From IMG/VR virus record IMGVR_UViG_2718218304_000001, positions 32,001 through 96,000 of that record: DNA of 64,000 bases; one strand, 5' to 3'. The notes below the pieces were generated by a model. It saw nothing but the letters and a program-made list of their open reading frames with translations. It made no database searches and was not told the DNA's origin. A program made the position numbers and the translations under genes. This stretch comes from a virus. Taxonomy: Duplodnaviria; Heunggongvirae; Uroviricota; Caudoviricetes. The first letter of the stretch is position 1. Each line of letters begins with the position of its first letter. This document shows, in pieces, positions 31,496 to 39,209 of the stretch.

Positions 31496-33401
31496 AGCTG
31501 CGCCCCTCTTTAACTTCCAGCGTAATAGTTTCCCGGAACCACGACTTCATCTCTTTATGGGAGATAATCAGCACAGTACCTCGCTCGCGAGCTTTGGACT
31601 CCAGAATACCCATGAGGCGTTCAAGACCGGCTGTATCGAGTGCATCGTCAATTTCGTCGCCGATAAACAAATCGATGTTTTTACTCGCCCGGTTACTAAC
31701 CAGATCCTGCAATGCCAAAGAACACGCAATGCGAACCTTCCGCTTCTCACCACCAGAGAGGGTTTGGAACGACTTACTTGAACCTTTCTTCTGCACACTA
31801 ATGTTGAATTTGTCGCGATACTCACCTTTTTTAGTGACATCCATCGTCGACCACTCAGCAGTAATATTCCCGTCAGACAACGTATTGAGATACTCGGCAG
31901 TGCGTGTATTCAGGAAAGGCGTAACAGACGTCAAAATATGAGAACGCACCCCGGCAGGAGAGTAGACCTGACGAGCTTTTTCCAATAGCAACGTTTGTTC
32001 CTGAATAGCCTTCAACTCATCTTTTAAGGACTTGAAGGTAGACTTACTGGATACCAGGTTATCTTCGTGTCTGGCGATAAGAGCAATAAACGGATTAATC
32101 TCTTTTGATATACGATCGACCTCAGTACGAGCACGAGTCACAAGAGACTCAATAGCAACAACCTCCTTCTCACGATGACGCAAAGATGAGAGTTGTTTCG
32201 TAAGCTCTTCAATCCGGGCAATGATAGCCGTTACATCAGGTGTCGTTTTAACAAGGGCAGACTCAATGCTTAACGCTTTCTCAAGATTCGTTTTGTGTTT
32301 AGCCATTGCCTCTGCAAGTGTCTTCGCCTGACCAATTTCCTGACGTGCTTGTTCAATGAAATTCTCCTTCACCGTTGATAGATCTTCTTCGCAGTAGGCT
32401 TTGCCACAAGTAGGGCATGGTGATCCCACTTTAGTACCAACCTCTTCTGCTTTGGTCTTAAAATTACGCGCGCGGTTCATTGCATCAGCCTGACTATTTT
32501 CTGTAGCTTTGATGCTTGCCCGAATATCAGTTATCGCACCACGAACTTTGAGCAACTTGGCGTCATGTTCTTCTTTTGAGGCTAACTTTTTGCGCTCACT
32601 TTCGATTGCCTTCTCGGTATCACGTATCTGTTCGGGAAGAGTGCGGATCTCAAGTTCAACTTCCGTTAACTCAACTTCGGCACTGGCCAGCCCAGCCAGG
32701 GCATCGTCATAACGTTTAGAACGCTCTTGCTCCCATGATTCAGAGGAGGCTTTCGCTGACTCAATTTCTGACTGTGTTGCCTCAATGGTCGAGATTGTCG
32801 ACTCCAATTTGGTTTTAACCACATCCATACGTGCGGCAGCTGCATTAGCTCGCTCACGAGCAATAGCGTAGGCGCGTGTCAGTCTGTCAACGCCAGCGGC
32901 TTCTTCTACGATGGTTTTGAGGTTTTTGTCGGACATTCCAGGTAAATCTGGCATAGCTTCTTGGCTCGCATAGATGGAAGCCATGAAAACCTCTTTAGAT
33001 GCACCGATCAGACGCTCGACGAACTCCTGCGTCAGCGCATCTTTGCCTTTCGTCATATCGCCATCTTCACCACGAACGATAAGACGATTTTTGAACTCTT
33101 TGTGTTTACGGTGACGAATGATTGCGTATCTCTTGCCTTCATCCTCGATGGTTACTGCAACACGACAGTTCTTTTCATGGTCGGTAGACAACACATCGTC
33201 ACCCTTCACACCATGAGCTGTTTCGCCATAAAGACACCACATCAGGCTATTCATTAGAGTTGACTTTCCAGAGCCATTACTTGATGCGGAACTATCATCA
33301 CTATTAACACCCTGAATGAGCACTAAACCACGCTGATCTAACTCGACCTCCGCGCTGGCGATAGCCATAAAATTCTCAACCTGGAGCTTTAAAAACTTCA
33401 T
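31485..33401 (-). CDS. SbcC/Rad50-like ATPase (recombination nuclease subunit)
   Basis: N-terminal Walker A GVNSDDSSASSNGSGKST, long coiled-coil middle, C-terminal LSGGE signature. Confidence 0.8.
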   Translation of the reverse strand: MKFLKLQVENFMAIASAEVELDQRGLVLIQGVNSDDSSASSNGSGKSTLMNSLMWCLYGETAHGVKGDDVLSTDHEKNCRVAVTIEDEGKRYAIIRHRKHKEFKNRLIVRGEDGDMTKGKDALTQEFVERLIGASKEVFMASIYASQEAMPDLPGMSDKNLKTIVEEAAGVDRLTRAYAIARERANAAAARMDVVKTKLESTISTIEATQSEIESAKASSESWEQERSKRYDDALAGLASAEVELTEVELEIRTLPEQIRDTEKAIESERKKLASKEEHDAKLLKVRGAITDIRASIKATENSQADAMNRARNFKTKAEEVGTKVGSPCPTCGKAYCEEDLSTVKENFIEQARQEIGQAKTLAEAMAKHKTNLEKALSIESALVKTTPDVTAIIARIEELTKQLSSLRHREKEVVAIESLVTRARTEVDRISKEINPFIALIARHEDNLVSSKSTFKSLKDELKAIQEQTLLLEKARQVYSPAGVRSHILTSVTPFLNTRTAEYLNTLSDGNITAEWSTMDVTKKGEYRDKFNISVQKKGSSKSFQTLSGGEKRKVRIACSLALQDLVSNRASKNIDLFIGDEIDDALDTAGLERLMGILESKARERGTVLIISHKEMKSWFRETITLEVKEGRSYVV

Positions 33402-33630
33402 ATAACACCTCTGATACCGTGTGTTAGCTTTTGGCCTTCTTTCAATCTGAACTCCGTATGCGCCGGGAAGGATCTGCGCCTCAATACGCCTTTTCTTGTT
33501 AACCTTCCAAGATAAAACGCTACGGGATTTCCTTGTGGCGGGTAGGGCTTGTGAAACATCACCGTCTGGCCTCGTTCAAGTCTTTTCATCGTGATGGCAA
33601 AGTCTCGAAAGCTCCCATAACGACTTTGCT

Positions 33631-34716
33631 TCACACAGCCTCCGAACTCTCCGCTTCGGTGAGGATTTCCTGACACAAAATATCCAATTTGCTCAGATCA
33701 AATCCGCCGTCAGTATCGTGGACAATCTTGCAATAAGCAGATACCGACTCTCCCAGGCTATCGATTTTGCTGGTTTCAGTTGTGCTGGCTGTCCCTTCCA
33801 TCATTGATGACTTACGGATGAAGTTGCACACGACACCTTTTGCACCCATTGTTTTGAGGATGTTCTGGTACTTAATGCCTTCTTCATCGTTCTCAATTAC
33901 GGCGCGGAAACGCACGTAGTTGCCGCGAATTTGGTCATCAGCAACATCATCTTCCAGGTTAATGAATTTAGGCGCACTGGTTTCGTAGTGACTGAAACTG
34001 CCGTCCGGGTTTACGATCATGTAGCCAGCCAGAGATCCAACATCTCCCCAATTTTGATGAGTCAGTGCACCGACACTGATAACTCCAGGAATGACCTCTT
34101 TGTGGTTGTGGTAATGCCCACTAAGCACGAGACGAAAGCCGATATCCTTTAACTCCTGCGCATCGATACCGACGTCAGGCATTGTTGGAATGGCTTTGTT
34201 AATGGATGTATGGATAACAACGTCATGATTATCACCTTCTACGCTCTTACGTAATGCTTTCAGATCGCTGATAAGCTCCGCATGATTGTTACGCCAGCTA
34301 ATCAGGTGGACAGTCACATCACCAATTTTTATTGAGTGTGGGCGCTTGCCACATACGATTACCACGCCGATAGAACTCAGCGATGCTGCTGCGTTGGCGC
34401 TATATACTGAATCGTTGGTTTCAAGATCGTGATTACCGGCCAGCATTACTACTGTCAGATCAAGCTCGTTGATAATCCACTTGTACGTTTCAGTTACGTA
34501 ATGCAAAACAGAAGGGGACACAGTTCCTCGGACGTGAAATGTATCACCGGCAACCAACATGTACTTACAACCGGCCTTCTTCATGGCGATGGCTGCTTCT
34601 TTCGTTGCTTCCAACTGTATTTCAAGTCTGGAGTTAAGCCCCTCAGCGTTCGTCGTGGAGAACGCATCCCATTTGTGGTAGTGGCAGTCAGAAATGACGC
34701 CGTATGGCAAAGTCAT
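33631..34716 (-). CDS. SbcD/Mre11-like nuclease (calcineurin-like phosphoesterase)
   Basis: Metallophosphatase motifs (GDTFH, GNHD) at the N-terminus; upstream of the SbcC-like gene. Confidence 0.75.
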   Translation of the reverse strand: MTLPYGVISDCHYHKWDAFSTTNAEGLNSRLEIQLEATKEAAIAMKKAGCKYMLVAGDTFHVRGTVSPSVLHYVTETYKWIINELDLTVVMLAGNHDLETNDSVYSANAAASLSSIGVVIVCGKRPHSIKIGDVTVHLISWRNNHAELISDLKALRKSVEGDNHDVVIHTSINKAIPTMPDVGIDAQELKDIGFRLVLSGHYHNHKEVIPGVISVGALTHQNWGDVGSLAGYMIVNPDGSFSHYETSAPKFINLEDDVADDQIRGNYVRFRAVIENDEEGIKYQNILKTMGAKGVVCNFIRKSSMMEGTASTTETSKIDSLGESVSAYCKIVHDTDGGFDLSKLDILCQEILTEAESSEAV

Positions 34717-34970
34717 GTGTTTTTCCTTTGTGGTTATTTTGATACAAATTCTAAGAGCAATGAGGAGGTAAACAACTATGCATAACGGTATGTTAGGAAT
34801 GAAACGAGCGCCTTAATATACAAAATTTATAAGTAAGTATATACCTATTTATCGTGGCGCAACTTTGCTTGTCTGTATGACTAAAAATAAGACAGGATCA
34901 CTGTAGAACGCTATGAGAGCTATTTTGAGGGGGCGTAGATTCTATCTACGCCAATATACGATCTGGAGGG

Positions 34971-35615
34971 TTACAGCGCGTCAGTGGGCTTTTTACGCGC
35001 TGCGTTTATGCTTATGACGCCAGCTTTTGGACGTGGGTCAACAAGGTTAAGCTCTTCTTCACTGTGGTATTCGAGGTCGAACTCACGTTTTACATGTCTG
35101 ATGTAGATTGCGGTGAGCAGGCTATCTTTGGTCAGAAAGTGTCCGTAGGATTTGCGGATCACTTCTTCTACCTTCTCGATTTTCTCACCACCCATACAGA
35201 GATGATTAAACCGGCTGTGTTTCCGCAACATTTCGTCTACTGGGCCTGAGTAAACCTTGTCTACTTTCCCAAAACGGATGATTTTCCCTGTGTCTGCGGA
35301 TACGAGGCAAATCAGCTTGTCTGGTGATAAACGATCTCGCCACGTCACACCTGAACGGAGTGTGTTGAAGTAGGGAGCATCCAATCCGATGATCGGTTTA
35401 CGAAATGCGAGTAATGGAACGTACCTGATGCAACTGTTTAAATGAAAATTCACACCAGCCTTATCAAGTTTAATTCTGGTTTCGTAGATCGGGCACTTTG
35501 CCGCTATACCGCAGATGTCACAAAGCAACTTCTGCTTATTCAGGTTGGAATTTGATTCGATAGTGTAGGAGCCGTCTTCAAGACGACGAACCCAGCGCGT
35601 GCGTTTTAGATCCAT
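34971..35615 (-). CDS. hypothetical protein
   Basis: ORF track only. Confidence 0.3.
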   Translation of the reverse strand: MDLKRTRWVRRLEDGSYTIESNSNLNKQKLLCDICGIAAKCPIYETRIKLDKAGVNFHLNSCIRYVPLLAFRKPIIGLDAPYFNTLRSGVTWRDRLSPDKLICLVSADTGKIIRFGKVDKVYSGPVDEMLRKHSRFNHLCMGGEKIEKVEEVIRKSYGHFLTKDSLLTAIYIRHVKREFDLEYHSEEELNLVDPRPKAGVISINAARKKPTDAL

Positions 35616-35814
35616 ATGTCATTTTTCTGTGATTGTTAGCCGAGGCAACGATAACCCACCAGGTGCGCCGAAGGTAGTAAATGCCTGTTTTAATTATTCA
35701 CATATCCACAGGATAGATCCTAATAAAGAGATCCATAGATAGATCCTTGTATAGATCAAATAAGATCCCCGATCGCTGTAAGCCGCGCCACGACTGGTCT
35801 GAAGCCATGTTCAT

Positions 35815-35925
35815 GTATGCTGTCAGCGGTAATTGATAGTCTGTCAGCGGTTCACCGTATGCTGCCAACTGTTTTTGGTATTCTGTCAGCGGCAAATCAA
35901 GTATGCTGTCAGCGGTTGAATGACA
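35815..35925 (+). repeat. upstream iteron cluster (~5 copies, consensus TATGCTGTCAGCGGT)
   Basis: Direct repeats read in sequence immediately 5' of the rep start. Confidence 0.7.
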
Positions 35926-35936
35926 AAGGTGTCCAC

Positions 35937-37031
35937 ATGTCCACAAAAAATAAAAAAGGTAAAAATAACAAAGAAGTAGAAGATAATCTCGACAACTTTG
36001 AAGAAGGTTCCCTTGAATTGTACACAGGGGAACTTGTCCCTAATAGCAACAATACAGTCCAACCAATTGCGTTGATGCGGCTGGGATTGTTCGTGCCCAC
36101 GCTCAAGGGGACAAAATACAGCAAGCGTAACAAGCCAAATGAGATCGATGCTTCAAAGGAGCTTGTCCAGCTCGAAGTAGCCCGTTCTGAAGGCTATTCC
36201 GATATCAAGATAACCGGTCCTCGTCTCGACATGGATCATGATTTCAAAACGTGGGTGGGCGTTGTGCGTTCGCTGGCAGAATACGGCGAACCTAATGGTC
36301 GTGTCGAGTTAAGCATCACGAAATTTGCGAAGTTTTGTGGCTATCCATCGTCACAGATCCGCAAAACACTCCGCGACCGGCTTACAAACAGTCTTTTGAA
36401 GATCATGCGTACAACTCTGTCTTTCCAGAGAACGTATGAAGAAAAGAACGTCGACGGCTCTAACAAGATCTCGCTTCTGATGGTGCACCTCATCAATAGC
36501 GTGGACTACAACGAGCAGAAAGATACGGTGGTGTTCTATGCAGAACCGAAGCTGGCCGAACTATATCGCTTTGACCATAAGGTTCTTTTGCAGTTAAAGG
36601 TTATCAATAAGCTACCACGCAAAGAAACAGCACAGGCTCTGTACACCTTCATCGAAAGTCTTCCAACCAAGCCTGCGCCGGTATCGCTTGCTCGATTGCG
36701 TGCGCGACTCAATTTGAGTAGCAGGAATGTCAGCTCGCAGAATCAGACTATACGTAACGGCTTAAAAGCTCTCCAAGATTTGGGCTATCTCGAATACAGC
36801 GAGATTAAGCGTGGGCGGTCGATCTATATCCAGATTCACAGCCGCAATCCAAAACTTAAAGTCGCACCGCCAAAACCTGAAGACATCGAACCCAAAAAAC
36901 CAGATGAGAAAGCCGGGGAAATTGATGCTAAACAGAACATTATCAACAAGATAACTGAACTTTCGCAGAATTTGACGCCTGAAAATATCAAGATGATTGA
37001 GATCCTTTCCAATAGTCTCAAACTGCTTTGA
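35937..37031 (+). CDS. plasmid-type replication initiator (Rep), iteron-binding
   Basis: Basic N-terminus; flanked on both sides by iteron arrays (P1 RepA-like organisation); start refined to the ATG at 35937 after AAAGGTG. Confidence 0.6.
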   Translation: MSTKNKKGKNNKEVEDNLDNFEEGSLELYTGELVPNSNNTVQPIALMRLGLFVPTLKGTKYSKRNKPNEIDASKELVQLEVARSEGYSDIKITGPRLDMDHDFKTWVGVVRSLAEYGEPNGRVELSITKFAKFCGYPSSQIRKTLRDRLTNSLLKIMRTTLSFQRTYEEKNVDGSNKISLLMVHLINSVDYNEQKDTVVFYAEPKLAELYRFDHKVLLQLKVINKLPRKETAQALYTFIESLPTKPAPVSLARLRARLNLSSRNVSSQNQTIRNGLKALQDLGYLEYSEIKRGRSIYIQIHSRNPKLKVAPPKPEDIEPKKPDEKAGEIDAKQNIINKITELSQNLTPENIKMIEILSNSLKLL

Positions 37032-37032
37032 T

Positions 37033-37560
37033 ATGCTGTCAGCGGTGAAATGTATGCTATCAGCGGCTATTTTTCTGAAAAGTATGCTGTGAACGGTTAA
37101 AGATATGCTACCAGCGGTATAGTGAGATGAACGTATGCTGTGGGCGGTAAATCATCTATCACCACTCAATGCTCTTTTATACCTCCCCAGTGGTTACTAA
37201 CCTCGAAGAGTGCATTCCATATAGGTTTGCGCTCACTAACATTCTATTCCCATTGCGCTGATTGCTTGTAGTGAAAGGCATTTATTGCCTGCTGCTCCCT
37301 GATAGAACGTATGCTGTCAGCGGTGTTTTATTGAGGAATTTTTGTTTGGATATGCTATCAGCGGTAATTAATGGTATATGTCAGACCTTCGTATGCTGCC
37401 AGCGGTAATTTTGTTCTGGTTATACCCATACCGGTACACATTATTCATGCAATGTCTTAAGTATGCTGTCAGCGGTAAAAAATCGAGTAAAGTATGCTGT
37501 GAGCGGTGAGATAGACTCTCGATATGCTATCAGCGGTAGTTGATTGTGTATGCTGTTAGC
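37033..37560 (+). repeat. downstream iteron array (~12 copies of (G/A)TATGCTGTCAGCGGT with variants)
   Basis: Copies near 37033, 37053, 37085, 37105, 37133, 37310, 37352, 37393, 37462, 37491, 37521, 37546. Confidence 0.75.
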
Positions 37561-37610
37561 GGTGACGACTATGAAATATGACTGCGGCACGTTCCGCAGT
37601 CAGTTTGCAT

Positions 37611-37823
37611 TTAGTGTATTTTCTTTAACAGACCCCAAAGTGTTCCGGCTTTTGTAGTCAGTTTTCCTGTTTCTGGATCGTACATACGCCATTCACGCCG
37701 CTGGTGGACGATATACCCATCTTCACGTTCCAGACGCTCAAGAATGCCAGACTGCTTGAAACCCTTAGCACGCCAGTATCCGCTTGTTTTCTCGATTTCC
37801 AGACCTGCCAGTGTTAATGCCAT
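37611..37823 (-). CDS. hypothetical small protein
   Basis: ORF track; stop/start overlap with the upstream gene. Confidence 0.3.
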   Translation of the reverse strand: MALTLAGLEIEKTSGYWRAKGFKQSGILERLEREDGYIVHQRREWRMYDPETGKLTTKAGTLWGLLKKIH

Positions 37824-38158
37824 TATCCAACCTCCTTGCAGTCATCGAAAAGGTAGCTTTGCTGAGAAGCGTGAACGCCATAGAAGCCCTTGTATTTGTT
37901 GTATACGAAGTGGTCTTCTCCGACGCCGGTTAATTTGCCATTACGGTTTGTGAGATATGGGGATGACAATACTCGATCGTCACGCACAACATAGAACTGG
38001 TCGCCGCTGTCTACGACCATCGCTCCATATGGTGCTTTTATGACGTCGGTAAGAGCGCCATTCTTAACGTCGGCTACAGACATTTCACACTGATAAACAG
38101 TGGTGTCGGCCACAACGATCGAGGAAAGGAACAACAGAGCGAATGGGATGGCCTTCAT
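37823..38158 (-). CDS. secreted hypothetical protein (signal peptide)
   Basis: N-terminus MKAIPFALLFLSSIVVA. Confidence 0.4.
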   Translation of the reverse strand: MKAIPFALLFLSSIVVADTTVYQCEMSVADVKNGALTDVIKAPYGAMVVDSGDQFYVVRDDRVLSSPYLTNRNGKLTGVGEDHFVYNKYKGFYGVHASQQSYLFDDCKEVG

Positions 38159-38334
38159 GCTGCCACCTCTTTGATTACATCAAATGCTGAATTAAATACG
38201 AGCACGATAGCCAAAGCGTTTATGACTACGTCGTTCACCGGGGAAAAGACTTTACGAATGACACCGGTGAAAATGCAGTCGATGACAAAAGCTATTGAAA
38301 CGATGAGTAACAAGTATTCAATAAAAATCTTCAT
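38158..38334 (-). CDS. small hydrophobic membrane protein (58 aa; below the ORF-track cutoff)
   Basis: Translated by hand: MKIFIEYLLLIVSIAFVIDCIF...; ATGA overlap with the downstream gene. Confidence 0.3.
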
Positions 38335-38373
38335 GATAGGTAGATACTAACTTATATAAATTTTACTATAAAC

Positions 38374-38649
38374 TCACTCAAAAGTGCTGATGCTTAAAAT
38401 ACGCTCAAGATGTGCGGCATCTTCATCACTGATTTGTTGAGTCTCTTCTACGTACCAACAGTTGCCGTTATGCCAACAAACACCATCATCATCAACTATC
38501 ACTGAAACAGCGTCATGACCTGTATATTCAACGAGAATACGCTGGATCAGCGCGTCAGTTTCTTCGTCGTTAAGGCCATCAGCTTTGACCATAAAAAGCG
38601 GAAACACGTCATAGACAGTGCTGGTAACGATTCGAACTAAAACTCTCAT
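38374..38649 (-). CDS. hypothetical protein
   Basis: ORF track only. Confidence 0.3.
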   Translation of the reverse strand: MRVLVRIVTSTVYDVFPLFMVKADGLNDEETDALIQRILVEYTGHDAVSVIVDDDGVCWHNGNCWYVEETQQISDEDAAHLERILSISTFE

Positions 38650-38704
38650 GTGTTTTTCCTTTTGTGGTTAGTGTTTACTTATTTTGTTAGTTATGAATAG
38701 GCGA

Positions 38705-39130
38705 TCAATCTTCTTGTTTAGGGAAAAACTGTTCAATAACTCTGTCAACGGCTGTGTCTATATGGAGTAGATGCCACACAACCATATCTTTGCTTCCCAT
38801 GCCTTGTGTGAATATCACGTCATACTTACGCCATGCGCAGTGGAACCAATATGCTGAGTCATCAATTGGTAAATCCTCTCCCGCCTCTTTGAAGTATTTC
38901 AGCAGCATTGCCTGCTCTGCCGTTGGCGTTGGACCTATTTCCTGAGCGTACATACGGATGAATCGCTGCCAGTCTGTCTCGTCGGGGGTTGGATCTGGTG
39001 GGGTCATTTCTGCGATAGCGTTTCGTAGCTGATGCGCCCAATCAGGTTCAGGAAAGCCTTTTGCTACTTCATCATCAATAACATCCAGAGCCACGTTTGC
39101 GGCATCGTAGAGTTTCTTAATAGCTGTCAT
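38705..39130 (-). CDS. hypothetical protein
   Basis: ORF track; motif-1 and AAGGAT immediately upstream. Confidence 0.35.
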   Translation of the reverse strand: MTAIKKLYDAANVALDVIDDEVAKGFPEPDWAHQLRNAIAEMTPPDPTPDETDWQRFIRMYAQEIGPTPTAEQAMLLKYFKEAGEDLPIDDSAYWFHCAWRKYDVIFTQGMGSKDMVVWHLLHIDTAVDRVIEQFFPKQED

Positions 39131-39209
39131 GTTTTCTTATCCTTTTAAACAAATTGTTTTCTTAATAAGATAATTGCGATAAAAAAGGCGTCCTGTGGAC
39201 GCCTTGTGT

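Noticed and set aside
33398-33676. 92-aa ORF filling the gap between the SbcD-like and SbcC-like genes
   Set aside because: Overlaps both neighbours, very basic and low-complexity; more likely an intergenic GC-rich region.
35815-37560. Possible CRISPR array suggested by many short direct repeats
   Set aside because: Repeats are 15-19 bp with irregular spacing and no uniform spacer length, flank a Rep gene, and no cas genes are present; these are iterons.
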